Source: a phage. Taken from it: a DNA stretch of 64,000 nucleotides. The stretch's first letter is position 1. Each line of letters opens with the position of its first letter. The position numbers and the translations under genes were made by a program. The notes beneath the pieces are model-generated. The model saw nothing but the letters and a program-made list of their open reading frames with translations, was not told where the DNA came from and made no database searches. Below are positions 25,523 to 36,846 of the stretch, piece after piece. The stretch is taken from sequence record PZ295659.1; one strand, written 5' to 3'.

Positions 25523-25640
25523 AAGCCTTGCGGCAACCTTGTCGGGGTTCCACCTGCTAAGGCAAGTGTTTGTACGAAACGCCGGGATTCGAACCCGGTT
25601 ATTAAGCAGTTGACGCTACTCAATATTTTTAAAAGGCCAT
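25523..25640 (-). ncRNA. putative small stable RNA with tRNA-like T-arm, upstream of the terminator
   Basis: Minus strand CCGGGTTCGAATCCCGG T-arm-like hairpin and further helices with no credible ORF; reminiscent of the stable RNAs in the T4 tRNA cluster. Confidence 0.25.
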
Positions 25641-25833
25641 ATCTCGACCATATCCGAACGTTCCGTCAAAAACGCTACTCGGCTTACGGCAAAGATATTT
25701 CCTCGAATCGATAATTCTGTGCGCCGTTTCTGCTGTGATGTAAGGGGATATTAACAAATCATAAAGATTTATTAAGACCAGTCCTTACGCAGGGAACATC
25801 AGTCCGACGACTTACCGGTAGCGACCCGGCTTC

Positions 25834-26178
25834 TTATTTTGGCATATCATCAATTTGCTCTCGACGCCGACGCCATAGATTAATCGCTTCATTAGCACAT
25901 TCGGCGTTTGGTATATGGCGGCAATAATATAATGATTCGCGTTTCTGGAACCGATGTTGCAACGGGATTTCGTTTAAAAGGTCTTTACGGTCAAAGTATT
26001 CAAAACTAGTTAACCCGGAACGATTTTTAAGGAACTTCCAATGGCCGAATTCATTTTGAACATAGATGTAATCTGCATGTTGGTATAACAAATTAATCAA
26101 TCGGTCTGAAATAACTGTATCATATTCGTTAAAATAAAACGTTAAATCATGAACTACCAGATAAATATTGCCTTTCAT
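25834..26178 (-). CDS. hypothetical protein next to the tRNA genes
   Basis: Start moved to ATG 26178 (MKGNIYLV...) to avoid overlap with tRNA-Arg. Confidence 0.4.
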   Translation of the reverse strand: MKGNIYLVVHDLTFYFNEYDTVISDRLINLLYQHADYIYVQNEFGHWKFLKNRSGLTSFEYFDRKDLLNEIPLQHRFQKRESLYYCRHIPNAECANEAINLWRRRREQIDDMPK

Positions 26179-26196
26179 ATTTTCCTCACTTAAAGT

Positions 26197-26273
<77 letters not shown>

Positions 26274-26279
26274 AATATA

Positions 26280-26353
26280 TGACCCAGACCAGATTCGAAC
26301 TGGTAACCTTTCCCTTATGAGGGGACTGCTGCTAACCGTTGAGCTACAGGGCC
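26280..26353 (-). tRNA. tRNA with CAU anticodon (Ile, lysidine-type, or Met), no encoded CCA
   Basis: Manual fold: acceptor GGCCCTG/CTGGGTC with one mismatch, anticodon loop CTCATAA, T arm ACCAG-TTCGAAT-CTGGT. Confidence 0.7.
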
Positions 26354-26432
26354 TAAATAACTTTCTATTATTAAAGGCACTTTAGAGCACCTTTGGTAAT
26401 AGAGGGTATGAATTAATAATAACACATAATTC

Positions 26433-26948
26433 TTAAAGCAAATCAATCATTTTAACGGTTGGCAAAACGATTTCTTCTTCAATATAAGCAAATTCGACAC
26501 GTTCAACTACACGCAAGAAATCATAATCATAATATTCAGAAGCATAGCCAAGAATATCAGTGAGACCTTCTGATACCAAATATCCATTCTCACGGAACAG
26601 GTCAAATACACGTGATTCGTCTTCTTCAGATTTATTACCGAGGTCGACTTCAATATCAAAGACCTTTTTAATGAATTCTGGATAAAGCTGGTCTGAGAAC
26701 AGTCCTTCAACCAAGTATTCATAGATTAAAAGCGAGCAATCACTGAATAGTGTATTACCACAGTAACGTTCAACTTTAGTACTAGAATGACGACTCTTAA
26801 ATTTCTTCAAGAGATATTTAAACTGTTGGAGCTCATGCTCTTCTACACCAAATAATGTTTTGGTTTTATAGTTGTCGCCGTCATTTTCCCAAGTAGTGAC
26901 ATCAATTACATAACCTTTAGGAATTGTACTGCCTAAACAAATATTCAT
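26433..26948 (-). CDS. hypothetical acidic protein
   Basis: 171-aa ORF. Confidence 0.5.
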   Translation of the reverse strand: MNICLGSTIPKGYVIDVTTWENDGDNYKTKTLFGVEEHELQQFKYLLKKFKSRHSSTKVERYCGNTLFSDCSLLIYEYLVEGLFSDQLYPEFIKKVFDIEVDLGNKSEEDESRVFDLFRENGYLVSEGLTDILGYASEYYDYDFLRVVERVEFAYIEEEIVLPTVKMIDLL

Positions 26949-26952
26949 TTAA

Positions 26953-27243
26953 TCACCGTACCATATTAATGTAGTTATATTCAATGCAACGTAATTTCAA
27001 AGGGTTCTTGAAAATATCATATTCAAGAGGGCCTGATTCAGTTTCAATAAAGAAATCAAAGTTAACTGTGTTAAATTTATCATCTTCACAGAGTAATTTA
27101 ACCTGTGAAGACGAACGGTCGATGTAAACCTTTTCAACTTCAAAACATGTTAAAATGCCATAATCATCAATCAAGGCTTTAGCTGCTTCTTGATCATATT
27201 TATATCCATTTTCAATGGATGATACTTTCGCATAAAGAATCAT
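26953..27243 (-). CDS. hypothetical protein
   Basis: 96-aa ORF. Confidence 0.45.
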   Translation of the reverse strand: MILYAKVSSIENGYKYDQEAAKALIDDYGILTCFEVEKVYIDRSSSQVKLLCEDDKFNTVNFDFFIETESGPLEYDIFKNPLKLRCIEYNYINMVR

Positions 27244-27245
27244 TA

Positions 27246-27620
27246 TTAACCTTTATCAACAATAGTATGTGTATGGGCATTTACGATTTGCCACCAGTCA
27301 AAACTATCGCCAAATCGTTTTGATTTATTGTCTTCAATAATTTGGCGTAATTCATCTTCAGTAGCGGCTTTCGCGATTAAATCAGCATATCCACCACGAG
27401 GATAATAATTATCACCTGCAAAAAGTAAAAAGTTTGGTTTAATATTATTAAACTCTTCAAGAGTAATAACTGTTCCACCAGGTTGAACAATATCTACATA
27501 ACTATATCCTAATTTTTGAGCAGCATCTACTGCTTCAAGCAGGGTATCATGAGCCCATCCAATTTGGCAATCTGGCTTTTCAGATGGATTAGCCTGATAA
27601 TCCGCGTACACTTTATACAT
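27246..27620 (-). CDS. hypothetical protein
   Basis: Track start is TTG; ATG at 27620 (MYKVYADYQ...). Confidence 0.45.
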   Translation of the reverse strand: MYKVYADYQANPSEKPDCQIGWAHDTLLEAVDAAQKLGYSYVDIVQPGGTVITLEEFNNIKPNFLLFAGDNYYPRGGYADLIAKAATEDELRQIIEDNKSKRFGDSFDWWQIVNAHTHTIVDKG

Positions 27621-27621
27621 T

Positions 27622-27828
27622 CTATTCACCTTTTGCAATTTTATCCATAACGATAGCGATTAAGCCGATTAGAAATGCTACTACCAATGAGATAGAATTT
27701 TCTGTTGTTGTCAGTAGTCCGCAAATGAATCCTACAAACATCGAAAAACTAAAAGCCATTGAAGCAATTACTACAGCAACATTACGAATCAGTTCAGCGC
27801 GTTTCATTTTATTTCTCCATTTACTCAT
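27622..27828 (-). CDS. hypothetical small membrane protein
   Basis: 68 aa, two hydrophobic helices. Confidence 0.4.
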   Translation of the reverse strand: MSKWRNKMKRAELIRNVAVVIASMAFSFSMFVGFICGLLTTTENSISLVVAFLIGLIAIVMDKIAKGE

Positions 27829-27835
27829 TTGATTT

Positions 27836-27874
27836 GATAGGACTACTATAACATAGTCCTATCAGCATGTAAAC
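27836..27874 (-). promoter_or_regulatory. early-promoter-like element with perfect palindrome GATAGGACTA...TAGTCCTATC
   Basis: gtaaac at 27869-27874. Confidence 0.45.
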
Positions 27875-27877
27875 TAC

Positions 27878-28165
27878 TTACAGAAGAGTTTTTGCAATAA
27901 TTTTAAGCTGAGCTACAGAAATATGCTTAGCTTTAAACAGTGCAGTCTCTTCAGCCGGAGAGATAACAATAGTAGCGCCATCTTTCTTAGCAGACCATCC
28001 ATCCCCTAAGTAAACAGTACCTTTTACTTCTTCGCCGTCAACCAGACTAATCATTGGTTTACCCTCGCGTCCTTTATTTGCTTTAATAACTTCAGAAGTA
28101 AGGGTTGCTTCGGTCAGAGTAGAAACGTTAGCAACAGGTGATATAAATTCTTTAAATGTTTTCAT
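27878..28165 (-). CDS. ipI: internal head protein with capsid-targeting sequence (ipI position, next to 57B)
   Basis: N-terminus MKTFKEFISP...; 95 aa; location as T4 ipI. Confidence 0.55.
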   Translation of the reverse strand: MKTFKEFISPVANVSTLTEATLTSEVIKANKGREGKPMISLVDGEEVKGTVYLGDGWSAKKDGATIVISPAEETALFKAKHISVAQLKIIAKTLL

Positions 28166-28189
28166 TTTATTTCCTTGAGGTCGTTTATT

Positions 28190-28229
28190 TGATAGGATGA
28201 TAGTAACACACCATCATCCTTATGTAAAC
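28190..28229 (-). promoter_or_regulatory. early-promoter-like element with inverted repeat AGGATGAT...ATCATCCT
   Basis: gtaaac at 28224-28229. Confidence 0.4.
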
Positions 28230-28242
28230 TGTTTTGTGAAAA

Positions 28243-28928
<686 letters not shown>

Positions 28929-28932
28929 TTTA

Positions 28933-29667
28933 TTACCTTAAGATTTTTTCAATTTTAGAATAAAGCTCTTCTAAAGAGCCGTCGTTTGTAATAACTAAGT
29001 CGCCTTCTTCAATAGGCAACCCAGCTTCTGTAATATGTTTATCAGTGGATTCAGTACCAGAGCGAACCACATGAATAACTGTAGCACCCATCGCTCTAGC
29101 GGTTTCCATTTCATGGACTTGGCGTGTATCGGTCACAACGTAGTAATCGAAATCACTTCCAATATAATCCATATAGTTTAATGCAAAAAGCTTAACCCAA
29201 TACATACGGTCAAATAAATTAACGACAACATCCGTACCGAGGGCTTGCATAAGACGGCGGATTGACCACGTGTCGTTGATATTATTTATAGCTTCACGCA
29301 GGGCTTCATACGGTTTAATATCTAGATATGAATATCCACCTTCTAGTGATGATAATACGTTAACACCATTAATTGGCAGGTATTGTCGCTGTAAATAAAT
29401 TAGCGTTTCTTCCATTAATTCAATAACATCCAATTTATTGAGATTTAATGGTGTTTCACGGTCGTATCCAATGCCTTCAAAGTATTCATATTTCAACTCG
29501 GTGAATACATCAGGGTTTTCGGCATGTTTACGCTCCCAAGCTATTGCTAGAGCGTCTTTAATTGGATATGCTAATTGATATTTTATGGATTTAAAGTTTG
29601 AATTGATGTAATCAGCAGTAGTGTCTTTACCACTACGTTTGATGCCGCTTAAAAAGATTAGCTCCAT
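28933..29667 (-). CDS. 1: deoxynucleoside monophosphate kinase
   Basis: P-loop GIKRSGKDT at N-terminus; 244 aa; T4 gene 1 position. Confidence 0.9.
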   Translation of the reverse strand: MELIFLSGIKRSGKDTTADYINSNFKSIKYQLAYPIKDALAIAWERKHAENPDVFTELKYEYFEGIGYDRETPLNLNKLDVIELMEETLIYLQRQYLPINGVNVLSSLEGGYSYLDIKPYEALREAINNINDTWSIRRLMQALGTDVVVNLFDRMYWVKLFALNYMDYIGSDFDYYVVTDTRQVHEMETARAMGATVIHVVRSGTESTDKHITEAGLPIEEGDLVITNDGSLEELYSKIEKILR

Positions 29668-29721
29668 AGGTTTTTCCTCATATAATTTATGAACGATTAT
29701 AACATATGGAGCTAGAAGCGA

Positions 29722-30306
29722 TTAACGCAAGGAAGGGTGTCTAGAAATGGATTTAGATTCGACCGCTTGACGTGGCTGTTGAGATACAATGACTTCGCCA
29801 TCCTTTTCTATCGTCATATACGCGTAGTGAATAGTTGCTACGCACGTAACGGCAGGGTCAGAGTCTTCGGTGTAACTAAATTCAATTTCACTCAAATCAG
29901 AAATCCATGGTTTATAGAAATTTGCCGTCAAAACTACTTCGGTCTTATTGTTGTTTAAAATGTGCAAAGTAACAAACTCAGGACCATCTGAGTGGGCCGT
30001 ATTATGTCCGGTTATATAGTTATTAGTGCTGAGCATCCATTTATACATGTTCATCCAGGACGTCATGTCTTCATCAACTATAAATCGTACAACAAAAGGG
30101 TCATATTCAAATGTGGTGCCTGCACGCATTGCACGTCCTAACCCCATTGTGCCTGTCACAGTTTCAACAACAGGAATTCTCACACCTGGTAATGGAGCCG
30201 TTTGGGCATTGAGCACAAAACCTGAAGTTCGTGTACTATCTGGGATATCCACAACAAAGTTTGTTATATTTGTTTGGTTAAAAATCTGTCTCGTTGGACG
30301 AGTCAT
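29722..30306 (-). CDS. 3: tail tube terminator / tail completion protein gp3
   Basis: Gene order 1-3-2-4 as in T4; track start is GTG, ATG at 30306 preferred. Confidence 0.75.
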   Translation of the reverse strand: MTRPTRQIFNQTNITNFVVDIPDSTRTSGFVLNAQTAPLPGVRIPVVETVTGTMGLGRAMRAGTTFEYDPFVVRFIVDEDMTSWMNMYKWMLSTNNYITGHNTAHSDGPEFVTLHILNNNKTEVVLTANFYKPWISDLSEIEFSYTEDSDPAVTCVATIHYAYMTIEKDGEVIVSQQPRQAVESKSISRHPSLR

Positions 30307-30408
30307 AAGCACCTCAAAAACGCTTTAATAAAAATGCAGTATAATGGTTTTAGGTCTCTTCCATTAATCTGGTTCAACAGAATATCAGAAGAACGGAAGA
30401 GAATAGAA

Positions 30409-31230
30409 TTAAGATTTCCAAACAGTATTCGCAGAGAAACGTTTTCCTTTTGACATAAACTGCTGAGTAGGTAACATGATTATGTTAGCCCAGTCTTTGG
30501 GAGCTATTTCTGTTATTGTTCCTCTAATGTGGCCTGGCAGGTATGCTTTAATCATTTTGTCAGCACCTTGAAATCCTTTCACCTTGCTCCAGTCTATCTT
30601 CAACTTTGTGTTATTAGTAATAGTAGTTGTGCTAGCATATTGCTTCAGCAATTCTTCAAGAAACTGTTGACGTGCTTTAGGTGGGATATAGTGCAAGTTT
30701 AGCCCATACATCAAATTATGTTTACCTAATCCTAAATAAATAATCAAAGGATATCGGTCCCAGTATGGCAGAGTATCTTTATGTTTAGCATCATACACGT
30801 AAGTATAAATTTTGCCTGGCGTAGGCTTGACTACTTTATGACCTTTTACACTTTTCTTAATTGTTTCAACGAACCACTTGGATGATTTGTTGTTTACTGC
30901 TGCGCCTTCATTTCTAATCTTTTCTCGTATTGAACTGCGAAACGAGTTTATCATCAGAAGCTGGCGTTCTTGCTTATTGAGTTTATTTTTAGGTTTAGAT
31001 TCAAGCGTTTCAATTTTCTGTGCAGTCTTAATAGATGATGCGTATCTAGACATTGCAGATGTAAACGACGAGTATTTTATTCCTTTTGATTCTGCAAATG
31101 CTTTTGCAGTGATTCCTTTCTCTTTAGCTTTCTTGTATTCTAATCCTATCTCAATCCATTTTCTTTCATTCATAGACTGAGTAATCTTAGGGGCTTGTAC
31201 GCCTTCAGATATAATTTGGAATATGCTCAT
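30409..31230 (-). CDS. 2: DNA end protector protein gp2
   Basis: 273 aa, basic; T4 gp2 position and size. Confidence 0.85.
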   Translation of the reverse strand: MSIFQIISEGVQAPKITQSMNERKWIEIGLEYKKAKEKGITAKAFAESKGIKYSSFTSAMSRYASSIKTAQKIETLESKPKNKLNKQERQLLMINSFRSSIREKIRNEGAAVNNKSSKWFVETIKKSVKGHKVVKPTPGKIYTYVYDAKHKDTLPYWDRYPLIIYLGLGKHNLMYGLNLHYIPPKARQQFLEELLKQYASTTTITNNTKLKIDWSKVKGFQGADKMIKAYLPGHIRGTITEIAPKDWANIIMLPTQQFMSKGKRFSANTVWKS

Positions 31231-31232
31231 AA

Positions 31233-31682
31233 TTACCCCTTGTATCCGAGTTTCCTAAGCCCGTCTTCGGTTAGAACTCGAAATTTTATATTTCTCTTTT
31301 CTGCGACAGCAGAAGCAGCTTTCCATTTGTCACAGTTCACAGACCAGGTATATATTTCATTCATATAACGTTTCTTTGCTGCAGTCGTAAGATTTACAGG
31401 CTTAATAGGCGGCTGAGTTTCTTTCTTTGGTTTTATTTCTACAAAGAACTCTTGACCTGATGCATCTTTCATCCATATATCCATAAAGTATCGACGTTTT
31501 TTACCTTCTGCGTTACAGAAATATGGAATTACTGCTGTTTCGCTGCCCCACGCAATAATTTCTGGATTTTTATCTAACCATTCGAAAAAGAATTTTTCCC
31601 AGTTTGAACGATACGTTATTTTGGTATGGTCTCCACGGTATTTTTTTAAATTTTTCGGGACCCATTTACCAGAGTAGGCCAT
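31233..31682 (-). CDS. 4: head completion protein gp4
   Basis: Start at ATG 31682 ([12 protein letters not shown]...) gives 150 aa as in T4 gp4; the longer track ORF runs through the divergent promoter region. Confidence 0.85.
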   Translation of the reverse strand: MAYSGKWVPKNLKKYRGDHTKITYRSNWEKFFFEWLDKNPEIIAWGSETAVIPYFCNAEGKKRRYFMDIWMKDASGQEFFVEIKPKKETQPPIKPVNLTTAAKKRYMNEIYTWSVNCDKWKAASAVAEKRNIKFRVLTEDGLRKLGYKG

Positions 31683-31693
31683 GTTGTCCTCCT

Positions 31694-31701
31694 TATAAAT
31701 A
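31694..31701 (+). promoter_or_regulatory. T4 late promoter TATAAATA for gene 53/5 transcription
   Basis: Exact TATAAATA 43 nt upstream of gene 53 start. Confidence 0.65.
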
Positions 31702-31708
31702 GTATTAT

Positions 31709-31716
31709 TATTTATA
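31709..31716 (-). promoter_or_regulatory. T4 late promoter TATAAATA (minus strand) for gene 4
   Basis: tatttata on plus strand = TATAAATA on minus, 27 nt upstream of gene 4 ATG; divergent from the gene 53 late promoter. Confidence 0.6.
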
Positions 31717-31743
31717 CCAATTTCATATTGGAAGGAGACTATC

Positions 31744-32319
31744 TTGTTATTTACATTCTTCGACCCAATAGGATATAGTGCTAAAACAGTTAATAAGAAC
31801 GCACCTACTATTCCTATGACAGACATATTTCGTAACTATAAAGAGTACTTTAAGCGTGTTGCTGCCAATTATAGATTACGTTCTTATTATATTAAAGGCT
31901 CTCCACGTCCTGAAGAACTAGCAAACATAATTTATGGCAACCCTCAATTATACTGGGTCCTTTTGATGTGTAATGATAACTATGATCCGTATTATGGTTG
32001 GATTACATCTCAGGAAGCAGCGTATCAAGCTTCTATTCAGAAATATGCTAATGCTGGCGGCGACCAAGTTCTTTATCATATTAATGAAAATCGTGAGAAA
32101 TTTTATAACTTAGTTTCATATCCGGACGAGCCATTAGTATGGTATGATAAAGGCGATAAAGCTCGTAAGTATCCACAATATAAAGGACCTTTAGCTGCAG
32201 TAGATACTTATGAAGCGGCTGTACTAGATAACGAAAAACTTCGTAAAATAAAAATTGTTGCAAAAGAAGATATAAACTCGTTTATCACAGATTTGATTCG
32301 TGAGATGGAGATTGCATAA
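31744..32319 (+). CDS. 53: baseplate wedge protein gp53
   Basis: 191 aa, immediately upstream of gene 5 as in T4; apparent TTG start with GGAG SD (next ATG is 24 codons in). Confidence 0.85.
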   Translation: MLFTFFDPIGYSAKTVNKNAPTIPMTDIFRNYKEYFKRVAANYRLRSYYIKGSPRPEELANIIYGNPQLYWVLLMCNDNYDPYYGWITSQEAAYQASIQKYANAGGDQVLYHINENREKFYNLVSYPDEPLVWYDKGDKARKYPQYKGPLAAVDTYEAAVLDNEKLRKIKIVAKEDINSFITDLIREMEIA

Positions 32320-34052
32320 TGGAAATGATTAGCAGTAGCCTTAATTGGTTCGTGGGCGTTGTCGAGGACAGAATGGACCCATTAAAACAAGGGCGAGTTC
32401 GAGTTCGAGTCGTTGGTCTTCATCCGGCGCAGAGAACACAAGGCGATGTACAAGGTATTCCTACAGAAAAACTTCCATGGATGACTGTTATTCAACCTAT
32501 TACGTCTGCATCAATGTCAGGTATTGGTGGTTCTGTTACAGGTCCTGTTGAAGGAACTCGAGTATATGGTCATTTCTTAGACAAATGGAAAACAAACGGG
32601 ATTGTACTTGGTACATATGGCGGAATAGTACGTGAAAAGCCTAATAGACTTGAAGGTTTTTCAGACCCGACAGGCCAGTATCCGCGACGTTTAGGTAATG
32701 ATACGAACGTATTAAACCAAGGTGGTGAAGCTGGTTATTATTCGAACTCTAACGTAATTCAAGATAACAACTTGGATTACGGTATAAACCCAGACGATAC
32801 AGATTTAGCAAATATTCCAGAAGATGATGACCCTAATTTTACAATAACAGAAATGTTACGTCGTGATGAAGGTCTTCGTGATAAAGTGTATTGGGACCAT
32901 CTCGGATATCCTACAGTAGGTATTGGACACCTTATCGTAATGGAAAAGACCCGAGATATGTCTCGAATTAATAAATTGTTATCTGATCAAGTAGGGCGTG
33001 AAGTAACAGGAAATCCCGGGACTATTACATTAGAAGAAGCAACAGCGTTATTTGAGAAGGACCTTGCTAAGATGCAGAAAGACATTCGTTCTAATTCTAA
33101 AGTAGGTCCTGTTTATGCTAAAATGAACAGATCTCGCCAAATGGCATTAGAAAACATGTGCTTCCAGATGGGCGTTGGTGGTGTAGCAAAATTCAATACT
33201 ATGCTTAAAGCAATGGCCACAGGCGATTGGAAAACCGCATACAAATCCGGACGCGATTCGTTATGGTTCCAACAGACTAAAGGGCGTGCTTCACGTGTAA
33301 CAACAATTATTTTAACTGGTAACATGGAATCATATGGCGTTCCTGTTAAAACACCACCTTCACCAGGAGTTGGTGCCAATTTAGTTACTAGAAATACCGA
33401 TCCAGAAGACCCGGCTGGTCCTCCTGTTCCGTTAGATTCACGTATCCTTTTTAAAGAACCTGAATCAAGTTATCGTGGTGAGTATCCATACGTTCATGCT
33501 ATGGAAACAGAAAGCGGTCATATCCAAGAATTTGACGATACTCCAGGTAATGAACGTTATCGCTTAGTTCATCCAACAGGGTCATATGAGGAAGTTTCTC
33601 CGTCTGGGCGTCGTACTCGTAAAACTGTAGAAGACCTTTTTGACATCACTAACGGCGATGGGAACTTCTTGATTTCCGGTGATAAACTTGTTAACGTTGG
33701 TGCTAATGAAATATATTATAACATGGCAGACCGCCTCCATCAAATAGACGGCAATGACACAATCTTTATTCGTGGTAACCAAGCTAAAACTGTTGAAGGC
33801 GATGGAACTCTTTACGTTAAGGGTAATATCAAAATAGTTGTTGACGGAAATGCAGATATTCTTGTTAAAGGTGATGCTAAAACTCAGGTCGAAGGGAATC
33901 ATGATTACACCGTCAACGGAAACGTTAAATGGACTGTTAATGGTAATGTTGATATGACTGTTGCCGGGGATTGGGCAGAGACAATGTCTACAATGAGCTC
34001 AATAGCTTCAGGACAATACACTGTTGACGGATCTCGTATTGATATTGGGTAA
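32319..34052 (+). CDS. 5: baseplate hub subunit and tail lysozyme gp5
   Basis: 577 aa; N-terminal OB domain, central T4-lysozyme-like domain (EGLRDKVYWDHLGYPTVGIGHL) and C-terminal beta-helix repeats. Confidence 0.95.
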   Translation: MEMISSSLNWFVGVVEDRMDPLKQGRVRVRVVGLHPAQRTQGDVQGIPTEKLPWMTVIQPITSASMSGIGGSVTGPVEGTRVYGHFLDKWKTNGIVLGTYGGIVREKPNRLEGFSDPTGQYPRRLGNDTNVLNQGGEAGYYSNSNVIQDNNLDYGINPDDTDLANIPEDDDPNFTITEMLRRDEGLRDKVYWDHLGYPTVGIGHLIVMEKTRDMSRINKLLSDQVGREVTGNPGTITLEEATALFEKDLAKMQKDIRSNSKVGPVYAKMNRSRQMALENMCFQMGVGGVAKFNTMLKAMATGDWKTAYKSGRDSLWFQQTKGRASRVTTIILTGNMESYGVPVKTPPSPGVGANLVTRNTDPEDPAGPPVPLDSRILFKEPESSYRGEYPYVHAMETESGHIQEFDDTPGNERYRLVHPTGSYEEVSPSGRRTRKTVEDLFDITNGDGNFLISGDKLVNVGANEIYYNMADRLHQIDGNDTIFIRGNQAKTVEGDGTLYVKGNIKIVVDGNADILVKGDAKTQVEGNHDYTVNGNVKWTVNGNVDMTVAGDWAETMSTMSSIASGQYTVDGSRIDIG

Positions 34053-34055
34053 TAT

Positions 34056-34571
34056 ATGGCACAAATACTTCCTTTAAATACCGACTTAGGAGAAGACATG
34101 GAAGGGGCGTCTATTGACGTCCTTTTTACTCCACAGTTAGAAACAACCGAAACTTTAGTGTCAATAAATATAACAGATTATGAACCGACACAAGGCATTA
34201 CGGTAGATGGTAATCGTTTATATGGAACATATGAAAGTGTGTTTAGCTTTTCTTCGGATGCATTGAAATACCGATTAAATGATGATTTTGAAACCGCATC
34301 TTCATGGGATGATTTACCGAAAGATGAATCCACACAGTTATATTTGTGGAGAGCTCCTCAGAATCTTCGTAAAGTGTTTAGTTATACGGTTGAAATGATT
34401 TATAACTACCAAGAAGAAAGTTCATCAGGCGGCTCAAGAAGTGACTCTAGTACAGAACCTCCGCCAGCTCCAGTACAAAAAACTCTTACTAAGGTTTATA
34501 CAAAAACTATAGTAGGAAATTGGAGCAAATGGGCTCAACAATTACGAAACTATGTTTATGCGAGGCCATAA
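34056..34571 (+). CDS. 5.1: conserved hypothetical protein (T4 5.1 position)
   Basis: 171-aa ORF between genes 5 and 5.4. Confidence 0.6.
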   Translation: MAQILPLNTDLGEDMEGASIDVLFTPQLETTETLVSINITDYEPTQGITVDGNRLYGTYESVFSFSSDALKYRLNDDFETASSWDDLPKDESTQLYLWRAPQNLRKVFSYTVEMIYNYQEESSSGGSRSDSSTEPPPAPVQKTLTKVYTKTIVGNWSKWAQQLRNYVYARP

Positions 34572-34573
34572 AA

Positions 34574-34867
34574 ATGTCTGGATTAAGTTACGACCAGTGC
34601 GTTACAACAGGTCATGAAGCATGGCCTCCTACAGTAATTAATGCTTCTCAATCTAAAGTATTCACCGGCGGTATTCCTGTTCTTGTAGCAGGAGACCAAA
34701 TAACACCTCATACAGAAATTAAAAAACCGTACGAGACTCATGGCGGTGTTACTGAACCTCGTACATCTAAAGTATATGTCACCGGTAAAAAGGCCGTTCA
34801 AATGGCTGACCCAATTTCATGCGGGGATACTGTTTCTCAGGCCTCGTCAAAAGTCTTTATAAAATAG
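34574..34867 (+). CDS. 5.4: PAAR-repeat spike tip protein gp5.4
   Basis: 97 aa from ATG 34574 ([19 protein letters not shown]...) with PAAR-like motifs; T4 gp5.4 size and position. Confidence 0.85.
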   Translation: MSGLSYDQCVTTGHEAWPPTVINASQSKVFTGGIPVLVAGDQITPHTEIKKPYETHGGVTEPRTSKVYVTGKKAVQMADPISCGDTVSQASSKVFIK

Positions 34868-34875
34868 GAATTAAA

Positions 34876-36846
34876 ATGGCAAACACTCCTGTAAATTATC
34901 AGTTAGTCAGAACGGCGAATGCTATTCCCGAAATTTTTATCGGGGGCACATTTGCCGAAATCAAACAGAATATTATCGAATGGCTCAACGGACAGAATGA
35001 ATTTCTTGATTATGATTTTGAAGGTTCGCGTTTAAACGTATTGTGTGACCTTTTAGCATATAATACTCTTTATATCCAACAGTTCAGTAATAGTGCAGTG
35101 TATGAAAGTTTTATGCGTACTGCAAACTTGCGTAGTTCTGTTGTACAAGCGGCTCAAGATAACGGATATTTGCCTGCATCTAAATCAGCAGCACAAACAG
35201 AAATTATGCTCACATGTACGGATGCATTAAATAGAAACTATATCACCATTCCACGTGGCACTCGTTTCCTGGCGTATGCTAAAGGTACTTCTGTAAATCC
35301 ATATAACTTTGTCTCTACCGAAGACGTCATTGTAGTTAAAGATAAAAATAATCAATATTTCCCACGTCTTCGATTAGCTCAAGGACGTATTGTTCGCACT
35401 GAATTAACATTTGATAAATTAAAACCTATCATTATTCGCGATAAGAACATCGATCGTAATTTGGTTAAATTGTATGTTGACGGAGCAGAATGGATCAACT
35501 GGACTCGCAAATCGATGGTTCATGCCGGTTCTACTTCAACCATTTATTATATGCGAGAAACTGTTGACGGGAACACTGAATTTTATTTTGGTGAAGGTGA
35601 AATCTCTATTAACACATCAGAAGGTGCTTTAACATCCAACTACATTGGTGGCCTTAAACCTGTCCAGGGTTCTAAAATCGTAATTGAATATATTTCTACT
35701 AATGGCGCTGAAGCAAATGGTGCAGTAGGATTCTCTTATGCTGATACATTAGCTAATATCACAGTTATTGGAATTAATGAAAACCCAAGTAATAACCCTG
35801 ACTTCGTTGGTGCGGATGGCGGTGGCGACCCTGAAGATATTGAACGTATCCGTGAATTAGGTACAATTAAACGCGAAACTCAACAACGATGTGTGACTGC
35901 AACTGATTACGACACATTCGTCTCTGAACGATTTGGTTCTATTATTCAAGCGGTTCAGACATTTACGGATTCATCTAAGCCTGGGTACGCATTTATTGCT
36001 GCTAAACCTAAGTCTGGGTTATATTTGACTTCAGTCCAACGAGACGATATTAAAAATTATCTTAATGAGTATAACTTAGGGACGATAACTCCTGTTGTTA
36101 TTTCTCCTGATTATTTGTTTATTAAAATGAATATTCGCGTTACGTATGCATTGAACAAACTACAGGAATCTGAACAATGGTTAGAAGGCCAAATTATTAA
36201 TAAAATCGACCGTTATTATATTGAAGACGTGGAAATTTTTAACTCGTCATTCGCAAAATCTAAAATGTTAACATATGTCGATGACGCAGATATTTCTATC
36301 ATTGGTTCGTCTGCGACTATTCAAATGGTTCGCGAGGTACAGAACTTCTACAAAACACCTGAAACAGGTATTAAATACAATAACCAGATTAAAGATAGAA
36401 CATTAGAATCTAACGTGTTTTCATTTGATAGTTTACGCGTTGACCCTGAAACGGAAGCTACTATTAAATACGACGTTCGCATTGTAGGTTCAGATAGAAA
36501 TGACCGCGGCATTGGACAAGTTATTATTGGCCCGTTTGCAGATGGCGACGTTATAGAAAACGCTTATATTCAACCATATACTGGTGACGATTTTAATAAA
36601 CTTCATGTTACGGACGGAAGAAGCAAATATTACTCTATAGGTGAAGTAAATTATCCGGCTGATTCAATTTATTGGAATATAGCTAAAATTGATTTAACTT
36701 CTGATAGGTTTGAAGTTCAAACTATTGAACTCTATTCAGACCCAGCTGATGATGTTATCTTTACTAAAGACGGGTCATTAATTGTATTTGAAAATGACTT
36801 ACGTCCACAATATTTAACCATAGATTTGGAGCCTATTTCACAATGA
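34876..36846 (+). CDS. 6: baseplate wedge protein gp6
   Basis: Start at ATG 34876 (MANTPVNYQ...); size and order as T4 gp6. Confidence 0.9.
   Translation: MANTPVNYQLVRTANAIPEIFIGGTFAEIKQNIIEWLNGQNEFLDYDFEGSRLNVLCDLLAYNTLYIQQFSNSAVYESFMRTANLRSSVVQAAQDNGYLPASKSAAQTEIMLTCTDALNRNYITIPRGTRFLAYAKGTSVNPYNFVSTEDVIVVKDKNNQYFPRLRLAQGRIVRTELTFDKLKPIIIRDKNIDRNLVKLYVDGAEWINWTRKSMVHAGSTSTIYYMRETVDGNTEFYFGEGEISINTSEGALTSNYIGGLKPVQGSKIVIEYISTNGAEANGAVGFSYADTLANITVIGINENPSNNPDFVGADGGGDPEDIERIRELGTIKRETQQRCVTATDYDTFVSERFGSIIQAVQTFTDSSKPGYAFIAAKPKSGLYLTSVQRDDIKNYLNEYNLGTITPVVISPDYLFIKMNIRVTYALNKLQESEQWLEGQIINKIDRYYIEDVEIFNSSFAKSKMLTYVDDADISIIGSSATIQMVREVQNFYKTPETGIKYNNQIKDRTLESNVFSFDSLRVDPETEATIKYDVRIVGSDRNDRGIGQVIIGPFADGDVIENAYIQPYTGDDFNKLHVTDGRSKYYSIGEVNYPADSIYWNIAKIDLTSDRFEVQTIELYSDPADDVIFTKDGSLIVFENDLRPQYLTIDLEPISQ

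Noticed and set aside
25438-25623. 61-aa track ORF across the terminator and stable-RNA region
   Set aside because: Overlaps a strong terminator hairpin and tRNA-like structure; more plausibly non-coding.
32345-32551. Alternative-frame ORF inside gene 5 and similar nested ORFs inside structural genes (33113-33379, 33582-33902, 37937-38140, 42928-43224, 46043-46411, 56779-57003, 57387-57866)
   Set aside because: Fully nested in highly confident T4 structural genes; Cys/Ser/Arg-rich translations typical of off-frame reading.
34520-34867. 115-aa version of gp5.4 starting upstream inside 5.1
   Set aside because: The N-terminal extension overlaps the 5.1 reading frame; the ATG at 34574 with an RBS gives the canonical 97-aa PAAR protein.
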